From positions 34,072-98,071 of the forward strand of contig CAZLEV010000011.1 of NCBI GenBank assembly GCA_964558645.1: DNA of 64,000 nt, written 5' to 3'. How positions within the stretch are numbered: the first letter of the stretch is position 1; each line of letters opens with the position of its first letter. Below, in pieces: positions 19,983 to 30,909 of this stretch. This DNA comes from an uncultured archaeon (lineage in GTDB: Archaea > Asgardarchaeota > Thorarchaeia > Thorarchaeales > Thorarchaeaceae). Made by a program: the position numbers and the translations under genes. The notes beneath the pieces were generated by a model. The model had not been told where the DNA came from. It searched no databases and saw only the letters and a program-made list of their open reading frames with translations.

Positions 19983-21761
19983 TCACACGAGTTTCTTTAA
20001 TTGATCCAAGAGCCGTTCTGCCTGTCTTGAACCCAGACTCCAGAAACTCGGATCGGATATATCGAAACCAAATTCACCAATCTGTTCGCGTGGACTCTTA
20101 CTCCCGCCGGTACCCAGAAGTCTCTTGAAGCGACCAGCAAAGTCTTCATCACCCTTCTGATAGTCCTCGTACAGAGCGAAGACCAGCATTTGTGCGAAGC
20201 TGTACGGGAAGTTATAGAAACGATAGTTCGGGAAGAAGAAATGCGGTATTCTGGCCCACTCGTACTCCATGAACTCGGTCCAGTCAACAGCATTGCCAAA
20301 TATCCGCTTCTTTGCTGCATTCCATAGTTTGCAGGCAGTTTCTGCATCAAGGAGCTCACCAGTCTCAATCAACGCATACAGCTCCTGTTCAAAGAGTGCA
20401 CGACAAGCGACATAATAGACGGTATAGTAGAAGTTTCCAAGCACTGTGGAGAGAATCTCCAGCCGCTGGTCATCGGTTTCTGCCTGACTGAGCAGCCGGT
20501 CCGTCAGAAGCAGCTCACCGAATATCGACCCTGTTTCGGCTACGCACATAGATAGTTCGTAGTTGATTGGGTTCTGGTGCTTGTAGATGAGATGTCCCTG
20601 AGCGGCATGACCGTTCTCGTGGGCCAGGGTGTACAGATCATTGATTGTGTCATTGAAGTTGATGAGCACGAAGCTCTTCTGTCCTTCGTCCCATCCAGCA
20701 CAGAAAGCTGAGTTCACTTTTCCAACTCTCAATGCAGAGTCAATCCTCCGATCATCAAACATCGCTTCTATGACATGGCCGAGCTCGTTGTCAAAGGAGG
20801 AGAAAGAACCCACCACATGATTGTGCGCTCTGGGCCAATCGAATTCCCAAGTGAGCTCCTCTTCCCATGGTGCAATCACGTCGTAGCCGAGCAGCCTTTC
20901 CATGCCCATTTACCGAGCCTTCAATTCCAGGAAGTCCCGATACTTACTCGATGTTTCTTCGATTGTAGAAAGAAGCGCATCGACGGTTTCTCTGTCAACA
21001 TCCTGGTCGATGAGGCTCTGCTCCATAGGTGACGGCATGTTTCTCTTTTTAGAAAGGGCAACATGATCGGCACAGATTGATCGGAGCGCAGAGCCATGCA
21101 GCAGCTCATCACGTGCATAGCTCTCGTACAGTGTCCTAGATGCCATCTCTCTGACTTCACGGTCTGGGTCCATTCGTAGGGCGCTGAGGGCGGGGAGGGT
21201 GAGGGTCTTCTTCTCCCCTCTTATCTCCACGTCGAAGGTCTTAGCCGAGATCCAAGACTCCTGTAGCTGGGACATCATTTTGATTCCATAAGTGTCCTTC
21301 AAGGAGATGGCACTCTCAACTGCCTCAAGAAGGCGGTATGGCGCTCTTCTCTTGAGTTTCTCGAGGAAATGACGATATCTCTCAAGCTCGGGAGCATCGA
21401 TTAAGTGAGGCTCGTCCAAGATCAGTTGCCCAATCTTGATATCAAGAGATACAAAGGCAGCCTCGACTTCGCCCTCAGCCTTCTGCCCCCAGTTATTGAG
21501 TTTGGCATTCTCCTTGTCCGTGGTACATGCCAGATATCTCAGAGAACAATATGTCGTCAAATCATCTATCTTCACTTTGCGCCGTTCATATTCCTCGAGA
21601 ATCTCCTGCAGCGCCGCTGAGTCATCTACTGGAACCTTGTTCTTGGAGATGTTCACAAAGCTCTGTGCATCCGCGACAGCCTCATCGATTGTGTCCTTCA
21701 CATCTTCAATCGATGCACCATTCACAATGGGAGAAACATCCCACGCACGTTCATCACTCAT
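19983..21761 (-). pseudogene. pepF: Oligoendopeptidase F (M3B family) split by an in-frame TAA at 20910-20912
   Basis: Two abutting same-frame ORFs read ...LELKAR-TAA-MGMERLLGYD. HENGH zinc motif, AETGSIFGE and WARIPHF lie in the C-terminal half; the N-terminal half has the typical WDVS start. Confidence 0.85.
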
Positions 21762-21862
21762 ATTCCAACCTGAAGACTGAGAAGTTGTATCTCCATAAAA
21801 GTACTTTCGCCGAGATGGAGATGGCGAGGCAGTTATATGGCGTGCTCGATTGTTTACGGTTC

Positions 21863-22546
21863 ATGAACCCGACACGATGCGATTTGCACATTCACACGGA
21901 CTATTCTGACGCAGTCTGCACCGTTTCGGATGTAATCAAGAAAGCCGCACAAATGAGGCTTCAAGCCATTGCAATCACGGACCATTTTTGGCCATCATTA
22001 GGTTCCAGACAGAAAGGAAGAGGAATCATCAACCGCAGAAGGCACGAGATAGAAACCTTCAGATTGGACCATCCCGAGATGGTCATCCTGGACGGAGCCG
22101 AGGTGGACATCAGCTTCGATGGTAGTGTTGCACCAGTCGCAGGAGGGCTCGGTCAGTTTGATTTAGTCATCGGCTCGTTCCATCGCACTTCCGATTCAGT
22201 GACGTGGTCAAGAGCTATAGAGAGCGCTCTAGAGAAGACCACTTTTGATATCTTAGGACATTGGGATGGCTATCTAAGAGCGTACAAACAATCTGATGGC
22301 GAGTTGGTTGCACAAAAACTCGCAGAACATAACGTGGCAGTTGAACTTAGTACGCGGTATCCAGTGAAATACGCGGAGTTTCTTGAGGTTGCCCGTGACA
22401 GTGGTTGTCTATTCACCTTAGGTAGCGACTCGCATAGAACGGCGTCCATTGGAAATCTGACCCGACCGAAGAAGCTAGCAGAGGCATACAAGTTGCCCCT
22501 CTTGGACATAGAGAAGGCCGGGCTGGTGCCCCGGTTATCGAGCTAG
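21863..22546 (+). CDS. PHP domain protein (metal-dependent phosphoesterase, YcdX/PolX-PHP-like)
   Basis: DLHIHTDYSD, AITDH, GAEVD, GSFH and GSDSH motifs. Confidence 0.88.
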   Translation: MNPTRCDLHIHTDYSDAVCTVSDVIKKAAQMRLQAIAITDHFWPSLGSRQKGRGIINRRRHEIETFRLDHPEMVILDGAEVDISFDGSVAPVAGGLGQFDLVIGSFHRTSDSVTWSRAIESALEKTTFDILGHWDGYLRAYKQSDGELVAQKLAEHNVAVELSTRYPVKYAEFLEVARDSGCLFTLGSDSHRTASIGNLTRPKKLAEAYKLPLLDIEKAGLVPRLSS

Positions 22547-22559
22547 ATATGGATTGCTC

Positions 22560-24062
22560 TCACTCCAAATCCGACATCGACCCTACAATGGACTTCAGAA
22601 GGTTGTAGATAACGCCGACATCCCGTATTCGCACCTTCTCATCCGGTGTGTGCGGGTTCTTGATGGTAGGGCCGATAGAAACCATCTGCATTCCTTCAAC
22701 TTGAGCACCAATGATCCCACACTCGAGACCTGCATGGACTGCCTCCACCTCTACGTCATCATCTAGAACCTTCTCATAATGCCTCTTGACATATGCCAGA
22801 AACTCGCTCTTTGGCTCGGGTTTCCATCCGGGATATGCAGGAGTGAGAGTGACACTCCAGCCACCCAATTCGCCAAGGTCCCTCAGAGACCTGCGAAATG
22901 ACTCAAGCTCCGCGTCATCGTTGCCCCGAGCAGAGATGTGAATCTTCACTGCAGTTTCATCAGTTGATACGATGGCCATATTGCACGAGGTTTCGACCAG
23001 ATCAGGCACTTGTGGGGAGAATCTTCGAGGGCCGTGCGGAATCGCATTTGCCGTCTTGATGATTCTATTGCTCTCGGTCATGGCAAAGTGACGGACAGGT
23101 TCTGTTGGATTGAGTTGAATACTGATTTCTGGTTCCAAGACCTCAGCATTCGGCGATGTGTTACGGTAGTAGGTCATAATAGCAGCTCTCTCCTCATTCA
23201 ACGCATTCTGCATAACCGAAACCCTATCCTTTCTCACGGCAAACACTGCTCTAGAGTCTCGCGTGATTGCGTTGTGCTTGGTTCCCCCGTTCCAAGATGC
23301 CAGAACAGGATGTGCAGATTCGAGAATGGCAGACAGCAGTCTGGCCACTATCTTGTTTGCATTAGCACGAGGTAGATGGATGTCAACACCGGAGTGACCT
23401 CCAAGAAGCCCTGAGACCTCCAGATTGAAGAACGTGAAGTCACCTTTGGGTTCTTCCAGCTCCAGCTCTTTACGGTACTCGACTCCTCCTCCTCCTGCAG
23501 AACCAATCGTGATAACTCCCAAATCCTCAGAGTCTAAATTGAGCAGGTACTTGCTTCTCACTCCAATACCTTCAACGTCCAGGCCGAAAGCCCCGGTCAG
23601 GCCGGTTTCTTCATCAACCGTGAAAAGCAGCTCCAAAGGACCGTGGCGGAGTTCCTTATCCTGCGTCGTTAGAAGCGCCAGGGCGAGAGCTATCGCAATG
23701 CCATTGTCCGCACCCAGTGTTGTCCCATCAGCATCTACCCACTCTTCATTATCCTGAATCCTGATAGGAATAGGCTCCTTCTCGAAATCGAACGCCTCCG
23801 ACCGGTCTGATTCACACACCATATCCAGATGGCCCTGTATCATGAGTGGAGGAGCAGATTCGAGACCTTCGGTCGCCGGAACCTTGATGAGAATGTTACC
23901 GGTAGTATCTTCGAGAACCTCCACATCTATCTCCTGACGTTCGAGCCAAACACGTATTGCCTTACGAATCCCGACCTCATTCTTCGAGCATCGCGGAGTT
24001 TTCGTAACTAGATTCTCAAATATTTCCCAAACATCTCCAGGCTGAAGATCCTCTAGAACCAT
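22560..24062 (-). CDS. pepD: Aminoacyl-histidine dipeptidase (M20C)
   Basis: QGHLDMV, TTLGADNG, TVDEETG, NLDSED, GGHSG, HAGLECG and HTPDE motifs. Confidence 0.93.
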   Translation of the reverse strand: MVLEDLQPGDVWEIFENLVTKTPRCSKNEVGIRKAIRVWLERQEIDVEVLEDTTGNILIKVPATEGLESAPPLMIQGHLDMVCESDRSEAFDFEKEPIPIRIQDNEEWVDADGTTLGADNGIAIALALALLTTQDKELRHGPLELLFTVDEETGLTGAFGLDVEGIGVRSKYLLNLDSEDLGVITIGSAGGGGVEYRKELELEEPKGDFTFFNLEVSGLLGGHSGVDIHLPRANANKIVARLLSAILESAHPVLASWNGGTKHNAITRDSRAVFAVRKDRVSVMQNALNEERAAIMTYYRNTSPNAEVLEPEISIQLNPTEPVRHFAMTESNRIIKTANAIPHGPRRFSPQVPDLVETSCNMAIVSTDETAVKIHISARGNDDAELESFRRSLRDLGELGGWSVTLTPAYPGWKPEPKSEFLAYVKRHYEKVLDDDVEVEAVHAGLECGIIGAQVEGMQMVSIGPTIKNPHTPDEKVRIRDVGVIYNLLKSIVGSMSDLE

Positions 24063-24168
24063 GTCGAGTCACACCCCATCAGAAATGTTTCCCGCTTAAA
24101 TCGTTTCTCAGTCAACGGGAGGATTTTTCAGTCGCCAGAACCATCTCTATGCCCTAGGTGGTATACAG

Positions 24169-25041
24169 GTGTTCTTCGATGCTGACCTCACACTCATATT
24201 CCGTGACGCGCTGCCATGGGCCGGCGGATTATTCCAACTGATAACCGAGCTCGGATCAGAGATCTTCTATGTCGTTGTTATTCTAGGGGGATACTGGGCC
24301 TATAAGAAACGGGCCTCAGTGATTCTCTTGGGAGTTCTTCTCATCTCGCTTATCTCGAACTACTGGTTGAAATATGCCATTCAGAATCCGAGACCTGACT
24401 CGAGCTATTGGTATGAAGGAGTTGAGTATACCAATTACAGCACACCTAGTGGACATGCACAGAACTCTGCGACCTTCTTCGGATGGCTTGGCATGAAATC
24501 AAGAAACACGATTGCAGTGGTTGTGTCGATAATCATCACTATTCTGATTGGTGCATCCCGGATATATCTTGGTGTCCACTATCTTGGAGACATTCTCATC
24601 GGATGGGCAATTGGTTTTGCCACCGTAGCTGCGCTATACTATGCTCAAGAGCCGCTGGAAAAGATGCTCGCACAATATAGTCCCGAGCACAAATATGGAG
24701 CAATCTTTCTAGTTGGTTTCGCATTGCTCCTGATTAGCTCACTGCTTCCTCAACCGCCTGGTGATAACTTCGGATCACTGGCAGGCCTCGTGATGGGAGT
24801 GGCGATTGCATTTCCACTTGAGCAGCGATATGTTGGTTTCTCAGTGGAAGCCCCCGACAACCAGAAGTGGCGCCTGGTTCTGCGGGTCGTAATAGGACTC
24901 ATTCTAGCGATAGGAGTGATGTTTGGGCTCTCATCGTTGCTTCCGACAACGAGTCTCTGGCTGAGAGCATTAAGATATGGGCTTGTTGCAGTCGTTGGAG
25001 GTTTGGTCTGGCCCGCCGTATTCACAAGAGTGGGGCTATAG
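24169..25041 (+). CDS. PAP2 family membrane phosphatase
   Basis: KxxxxxxRP, PSGH and SRxxxGxHxxxD motifs; multi-TM. Confidence 0.92.
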   Translation: MFFDADLTLIFRDALPWAGGLFQLITELGSEIFYVVVILGGYWAYKKRASVILLGVLLISLISNYWLKYAIQNPRPDSSYWYEGVEYTNYSTPSGHAQNSATFFGWLGMKSRNTIAVVVSIIITILIGASRIYLGVHYLGDILIGWAIGFATVAALYYAQEPLEKMLAQYSPEHKYGAIFLVGFALLLISSLLPQPPGDNFGSLAGLVMGVAIAFPLEQRYVGFSVEAPDNQKWRLVLRVVIGLILAIGVMFGLSSLLPTTSLWLRALRYGLVAVVGGLVWPAVFTRVGL

Positions 25042-25932
25042 CAAAAGGTCTGTTTCATGCTGGAAAGAGAATTCGAAGCCAATCTCGTCGGCATGTCTTA
25101 GAACTAGTTCATCCACCATTTTCGACACGAGGAATCTGGCAGCAGTTCTGTCGATACCGGATAGGTCTATGATTTCGGCCACAGTACTTGAGCCATCGAA
25201 CCGTGAAAGCAGTCTGACGATTTCGGGATATTGATCTGTGATTGCATCGGAGGGCTCGCCCACCTTGATAAGAACGCAGTCATCACTGACCTGTCGCTTG
25301 AGTTGTACGAGTCCATGATGAATGAGAACTGACAGAAGAGCAATGGACTCATTCTGGGGTAGTGGAACGCTCTCTATGATCTTGCCGACCTGACGTTTGC
25401 CATTGATGTATTTCTCAAGAATTCCAAGGTGTGTGTCAATCTTTCCCACTCGATAGTTGATTCTTCGCCCATCCGTAAGGCACGGGATGAGCTCTGGGTC
25501 AACCTTGGCAAGTGGAAATACAGTGACAATACTCAATGCGAACTCACGGAAGACTCTGATATCCCCCTCATAGTGTTCCAGAATGTTAGAATACCTCTCC
25601 TCGAATTCCACAATCAAATCGACAAGTTTCTTTCGATATGGCTCTGGATCGGCAGTTTCATTCAGGCCGATAACTGCAAGAACCTCATCCCCAATCTCGA
25701 AGATCACGCTGGAACGGCCCCACTGGACAGTTCTCAGTCCGTTCTTGGCGACGGTCATTATTGCCTGGATGAGAGCCGCCAACAGGTCGGGGTCAACCTC
25801 CCTGCGGGAATCACTCGCAAGCTTGGAACTCGCCGGTCCATCTGCATAGGAAACCCGAACTAGCAGTTCACCGCTTATCAAACGGATCATCATGATATAC
25901 CTGATACTGGAGTTATGTGATTGCCCATACAT
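25036..25932 (-). CDS. Longin-like domain plus two winged-helix domains (NPRL2-like eukaryotic signature protein)
   Basis: N-terminal longin pattern (VDPDLLAALIQAI...SVIFEIG..LAVI...LIVEFEERY...GDIRVFREF). C-terminal YINGKRQVGKI..LIHHGLV and FDGSSTVAEII..LVLR. Confidence 0.7.
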   Translation of the reverse strand: MYGQSHNSSIRYIMMIRLISGELLVRVSYADGPASSKLASDSRREVDPDLLAALIQAIMTVAKNGLRTVQWGRSSVIFEIGDEVLAVIGLNETADPEPYRKKLVDLIVEFEERYSNILEHYEGDIRVFREFALSIVTVFPLAKVDPELIPCLTDGRRINYRVGKIDTHLGILEKYINGKRQVGKIIESVPLPQNESIALLSVLIHHGLVQLKRQVSDDCVLIKVGEPSDAITDQYPEIVRLLSRFDGSSTVAEIIDLSGIDRTAARFLVSKMVDELVLRHADEIGFEFSFQHETDLLL

Positions 25933-26019
25933 ACAAGCTCCCAACTAGGTTTCATTCACCCGGAAGAAGAAAAGTGCTTCGGTGGTCATGAGACTTCGAA
26001 CAGACTCACGATCCCTGTG

Positions 26020-27729
26020 TCAGAGATACTCAGATGCCTCTATCTGTGCCAGTTTCAGACCAGCACTTCGCGAATAGTGTTTCATTATCCGCCAACAAGC
26101 GATGCCGTAGACTGGCAATGCAAGATACGCGAATGGTGCACCAATGAGTATGCCAAGCATAATCATTGAGAAGGTTCCCAGATACCCCACAATGTTGGGT
26201 AAGAGTTGAGCACGAAGTATTGACCACCCTCGGATTGGCATCTGAACTGAAGAGCCCCTCTGCCTAGTCACCATCCGTTCGGCTTTGAAATCGCCGCCAA
26301 GAGCAGCTGCATTGGCTGCAACTCCGCCGGAAGCCAGATTCGTGAACACTGCCGCACCAACGACCATCGGGATATAGAACCAGAAGGATGGGTATACTAC
26401 TAGGATAAGTACTCCTACGAGGATACTTGCAGCCAGCGTGAAAGGTACTGCGGAATAGACCTTCCCGCGCACGTAGTCCTCCATATTGGCAGCGGCAAGT
26501 TGCAGGTTCTGGAGGTTCTTACCCTCATAGACGGTTTCATAGCCAGCAAAGTAGAGACCATAGGATGTTGAAAATGGGATGAGAGCTGCAATCATGAGAA
26601 ATGGTGCAAAGAAGCCCATCGCTTCAGGATTGGTCAAGATAGGAATGAAGAAGAATATGACAAATTGAAGCGGACCCATCAGATATCGCGCAAATACTCG
26701 AGATTCGCGGCGGATGTTTGTGATGTTGTACCAGATAGAGGTGCTTATGGTCTTGTTGAACCTGATGCCCGGTATGGGTTGCGGATCCCATGGGTTGTGT
26801 TCAATGACCTTTTCTTCTTTGGAGCTGCGCTTCGAACCGCTCATGAGCCAGCCGCTGTAGTGGGCTTTCTCGCTGACTATGGCGTTGACGTAGACGAGGC
26901 TGCCGCCAAGCAGGATATAGAAGATTGTCGATGCAATCTCGTAGAAACCGAACTCCGCACCCACTAGAAGACCGAGTGTGATCACGCTCACTGTATATCC
27001 TGGTGTCAGGTCCGACGCCAGACCGATCTGTTGAGCTAGCTCGAACAACCAGTCAAACACAAACGAGTTGTCGGAGGAATAGAGGAAGTAGTACCACACA
27101 ACGGTGAAGAGAATAGCCATGGTGCTCATAAGGAAGTACCCGACCTGGCGGAGTCTCCGCCGACCTGCAACGACCCGTGAGAACAACAGACCTAGGAGTC
27201 CCCCAAACGAAACACCAATCGTAACCAGCACTAGCACAAGAACCAGATATGAAAGGACCGCAACAAAGGCTAAGGGAAGAGGGGACACGATACTCAGACC
27301 AATGATGATAGGGGTGCCAATCACCAGCCAGAGAAGTGAGCTGTAGACGATGATTATAATCGTCTTCTCTAAGAACAGCGTCCGAAGAGAGATCGGCATC
27401 GTCATGAGATACTCCATCCTCTTGCTATTGGCAACAGTAGTAGCTGACACCATGATTGAGCCGACGAACGAGAATAGAACTATGACGTTAAACAATGTGG
27501 ATCCGACAGCCAGATTCTCGAGAATCAGACTGGCAATCATGTTCCAGCCAAACAGAGGCACAATCCAGACTACCGCCAGAACAATGGCAACGGCAACAGC
27601 CACGGCGATAATGGGACCGAGAAACCTCCGAAGGGCACTCTTCTGCTCAGAACGCCGACCAGTCCCTCCCAGTCGGAAGGTCTGATTAAGGTCCTGCCTA
27701 AGCAGAATCATCAGGTCTCTAAGGCTCAA
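26020..27729 (-). CDS. ABC exporter permease (about 12 TM)
   Basis: Highly hydrophobic; MEYLMTMPIS motif; 4-bp overlap with the ABC ATPase gene. Confidence 0.8.
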   Translation of the reverse strand: MSLRDLMILLRQDLNQTFRLGGTGRRSEQKSALRRFLGPIIAVAVAVAIVLAVVWIVPLFGWNMIASLILENLAVGSTLFNVIVLFSFVGSIMVSATTVANSKRMEYLMTMPISLRTLFLEKTIIIIVYSSLLWLVIGTPIIIGLSIVSPLPLAFVAVLSYLVLVLVLVTIGVSFGGLLGLLFSRVVAGRRRLRQVGYFLMSTMAILFTVVWYYFLYSSDNSFVFDWLFELAQQIGLASDLTPGYTVSVITLGLLVGAEFGFYEIASTIFYILLGGSLVYVNAIVSEKAHYSGWLMSGSKRSSKEEKVIEHNPWDPQPIPGIRFNKTISTSIWYNITNIRRESRVFARYLMGPLQFVIFFFIPILTNPEAMGFFAPFLMIAALIPFSTSYGLYFAGYETVYEGKNLQNLQLAAANMEDYVRGKVYSAVPFTLAASILVGVLILVVYPSFWFYIPMVVGAAVFTNLASGGVAANAAALGGDFKAERMVTRQRGSSVQMPIRGWSILRAQLLPNIVGYLGTFSMIMLGILIGAPFAYLALPVYGIACWRIMKHYSRSAGLKLAQIEASEYL

Positions 27730-28499
27730 CCTTCTTCACCTGTGTCACCCAGATACTGGGCAATAAGCTGCATGTCTGGCCCACCGGTAAGGTCCAGAAA
27801 TATCTCCTCAAGACTGGCCTGACCCCTAGCCTTCTGCTTCAGCTCATCCATCGTACCCTCTGCTACCATGTGACCTTCTTGAATAATGCCGATACGGTCA
27901 GCCATCTGCTCGGCTATCTCCAGAATATGGGTTGACATCAGCACAGTTGCTCCGCGAGAACTGAGACCGTTCAGGATCTCCTTTATCGTGGCAGCACCCC
28001 GGGGATCAATGCCTGCCTGGAACTCGTCGAGTATGAGCACCTTCGGTCTGTGTACCAGAGCCGCGATGAGGCTGGTTTTGCGCGACATCCCCTTTGAATA
28101 GGTCTCTATCAGGTCATCACTGGCATCTCTGATATCGAGAAGTGTAAGAAGCTCGTCTATCTCTTCTTCACGTTCTTCACCACGCTCTACTCCCCAGATA
28201 TCAGCGACGTAGTTCACGTACTCCCACCCGGTGAGACGTTCGGGTAAGACAGGCTCCTCCGGAACATAACCCATTACTCTCTTCGCTGCGACAATCTCCT
28301 TGCGGATGTCATAACCAGAGATTCTAGCGGTTCCCTCGGTGGGACGCAACAACCCAAGAAGCATACGCATAGTTGTTGATTTTCCCGATCCGTTGGGCCC
28401 CAACAATGCATAGGTCTCACCAGATGCAACTGTGAAGCTCAAGCTGTCGACGGCAGTGAATTCGCTGAACTTCTTGGTTAGTTCCAGAGCCTCAATCAT
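27726..28499 (-). CDS. ABC transporter ATP-binding protein
   Basis: GPNGSGKS, YSKGM, ILDE and STH motifs. Confidence 0.95.
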   Translation of the reverse strand: MIEALELTKKFSEFTAVDSLSFTVASGETYALLGPNGSGKSTTMRMLLGLLRPTEGTARISGYDIRKEIVAAKRVMGYVPEEPVLPERLTGWEYVNYVADIWGVERGEEREEEIDELLTLLDIRDASDDLIETYSKGMSRKTSLIAALVHRPKVLILDEFQAGIDPRGAATIKEILNGLSSRGATVLMSTHILEIAEQMADRIGIIQEGHMVAEGTMDELKQKARGQASLEEIFLDLTGGPDMQLIAQYLGDTGEEG

Positions 28500-28600
28500 G
28501 AAAATCAGCTCTATGCCACGTTAGACTTCTTTTATGCGTTCGCATGAAAGACAAAATGTGGAGAACAATCTTAATATGTCCAGCATAGAGGGGCCAAGTC

Positions 28601-29698
28601 ATGCCTGTCGAAACTTGGCGACTACTAGACTTGGGACCCATAGATCCCCTCGAAACCCAGATAATATATGACATGGTTGCTCAGGCCATCACCGAGGATG
28701 AAGCAGAGAACACCCTCATCATATGTTGGCCAAGTGATCCTCTCGTATCTCTAGGATACTTCCAAGAAGCGGAGAAGGACATTGACTTGGAGTACTGTCG
28801 AGAGAAGGATGTTCTGGTTGTCCGAAGAGTTATCGGAGGGGGTGGTGTCTACCTAGACGAGGGTCAGCTCTTCTACCAGATAATCGGCCGCGTCGACAGT
28901 CCAACCACACCCAAGAGCATAGATGCTTACTATCGCAAGTTCCTAGAGGCACCTGTGCAGGCCTATCGCAACTTGGGAATTGATGCAGAGTTCAGACCAG
29001 TTAATGACATTCAAGTGAATGGGAAGAAGATCTCGGGAAATGGAGCCGGAGACGTAGGGGATGCCAGAATCCTCACCGGAAATCTGATTTTTGATTTCGA
29101 TTATGATTCAATGGTTCACGTACTCAAAGTTCCGAGTGAGAAGTTTCGAGACAAGATATTCAAGAGTCTCAAAGAGCGAATGACCACCATAGAGAGAGAG
29201 CTGGGTGCGCTACCAGACCGCAACACTGTGAAAGAAGACCTTCTTGGACTCTATGAGAAGACCCTCGATATCGAGCTTGAGCGGGGAGATCTCTCATCCT
29301 GGGAGAGAAACAAGATGAAGGAGCTCCATGAGAAGTACCTCTCGAGGGACTGGCTATTCTGGAGGAAGGGACGGAAATTCGATGTTGCCCATCAGGTGAA
29401 AATATCAGCCACCGCATCTGTGGGCACTGCGAACTTCAAGGCAGACGGAGGGCTCATCAGGGTGACCGCAGAGGTGGTGGAAGGAACGATAGAGGAGATT
29501 GTCGTGAGTGGCGACTTCTTCATGATTCCCTCTCTCGGAATCGAACTTGTTGAAGGGGCACTTACTGGTGTTAGGGCAGAGAAAGCGGAGATTCTGCGTC
29601 GAATCGAGCAGCTTTATTCGGACAAGGGTCTCCAGTCACCGGGCGTAAGACCCGAGGATATTGCGGAAGCCGTATCTCTAGCCGTACAGGAGACTTAG
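28601..29698 (+). CDS. lplA: Lipoate-protein ligase A family with C-terminal domain
   Basis: RRVIGGGGVYLD, VNDI..NGKKISGNG; C-terminal KADGGLI..SGDFF. Confidence 0.88.
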   Translation: MPVETWRLLDLGPIDPLETQIIYDMVAQAITEDEAENTLIICWPSDPLVSLGYFQEAEKDIDLEYCREKDVLVVRRVIGGGGVYLDEGQLFYQIIGRVDSPTTPKSIDAYYRKFLEAPVQAYRNLGIDAEFRPVNDIQVNGKKISGNGAGDVGDARILTGNLIFDFDYDSMVHVLKVPSEKFRDKIFKSLKERMTTIERELGALPDRNTVKEDLLGLYEKTLDIELERGDLSSWERNKMKELHEKYLSRDWLFWRKGRKFDVAHQVKISATASVGTANFKADGGLIRVTAEVVEGTIEEIVVSGDFFMIPSLGIELVEGALTGVRAEKAEILRRIEQLYSDKGLQSPGVRPEDIAEAVSLAVQET

Positions 29699-29810
29699 GA
29701 ACACCCAGATTGAACTCACAAGTAGAACGATAAGTGATATGCCGACTTTTCACCGAGCGAAAGAGGCATGCTTTTCTTCTCACGCTCCTCAGTGAGAACA
29801 CAAAGCACAG

Positions 29811-30908
29811 GTGGTTGCTCTGACGATTACTGATCAGTTCAAGGTCGCGGCCCCGGGAAGGCTGTGTCTTTTTGGAGAGCATAGCGACTATCTGGGCCTG
29901 GATGTCATCTCCACGGCCCTAGACAGACATATCGAACTGAGGGTCAACCCATGTCAAGCTGATGAAATTACTGTTCTCTATAGAGACTTAGACGAAAAGG
30001 AGCACTTCTCAGTAGAAGCTGAGGCCCCTTATCTCAAAAAACGAGATTATGTTAGAAGTGCGTTCAACGTTGTGAGGCGGCGGAGCCCTCAACGCATATC
30101 AGGTGCTGATATCACCGTTTCAGGGAACGTCCCGATTGCGGCAGGCCTCTCAAGCTCGAGTGCTTTGACAGTTGGAGCTGTTGTTGCATTCTCAAGACTG
30201 GCAGGACTTCATCTCTCCACCGACGATATCGCCAGAGCAGCCTTTCAGGCAGAGGTGGCAGAGTTTGGTGAGAGTGGGGGAAAACAGGATCACTTCACTA
30301 TTGCGTATGGAGGCATAGTCCATCTCGATTTGGGAGAGGACTATCTTGTAACCAAGCTCCCGGCGAATCTCTCGGGACTAGTCATCGGAGACTCAAGAGA
30401 GCAGAAGGAAGATACCGTGGGAGACCTCGCGTATCTGCGGAAAACAATCCTCGGCGAATATGACAAGATCAGAGCATCCATTGGGGGGTTCGACCCCCGA
30501 AGGACAGAGCTGAGAAAAGTGCGGGCCCTCTCAAGAAGAAGACCAACGAAAGCAAGGCTCATGGCACAGGCTACTCTTAGAAATCGTGATCTCACTGCTC
30601 GTGCACGAAGATTGCTGAGTGAAAAGAATCCAGACCCAAAGCTCTTGGGGAGGTTGATCAATGAGCATCATGAAATACTACGCGACGAACTACATAGGTC
30701 CACCGAGAAGATCGAGCGGCTGATAGCGGCAGCCAAGTCATCAGGAGCTCTGGGATGCAAGGTGAACGGAAGCGGAGGGGGAGGCACGATGCTTGCTTAT
30801 GCGCCGGAAAGAGAAACCGAAGTCATGGATGCTATAGATGCCGCTGGGGGATCTGCGTTTGAAGTGAGAGTGGGGCCAGGAGTATCCCTGACCGCAAAGG
30901 AGGTTTGA
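29811..30908 (+). CDS. GHMP kinase (galactokinase-like)
   Basis: APGRLCLFGEHSDY, PIAAGLSSS, GKQD and GSGGGG motifs. Confidence 0.88.
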   Translation: MVALTITDQFKVAAPGRLCLFGEHSDYLGLDVISTALDRHIELRVNPCQADEITVLYRDLDEKEHFSVEAEAPYLKKRDYVRSAFNVVRRRSPQRISGADITVSGNVPIAAGLSSSSALTVGAVVAFSRLAGLHLSTDDIARAAFQAEVAEFGESGGKQDHFTIAYGGIVHLDLGEDYLVTKLPANLSGLVIGDSREQKEDTVGDLAYLRKTILGEYDKIRASIGGFDPRRTELRKVRALSRRRPTKARLMAQATLRNRDLTARARRLLSEKNPDPKLLGRLINEHHEILRDELHRSTEKIERLIAAAKSSGALGCKVNGSGGGGTMLAYAPERETEVMDAIDAAGGSAFEVRVGPGVSLTAKEV

Positions 30909-30909
30909 A

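Noticed and set aside
21527-21862. N-terminal extension of the PHP ORF
   Set aside because: It overlaps pepF on the opposite strand; the family motif begins right after ATG 21863.
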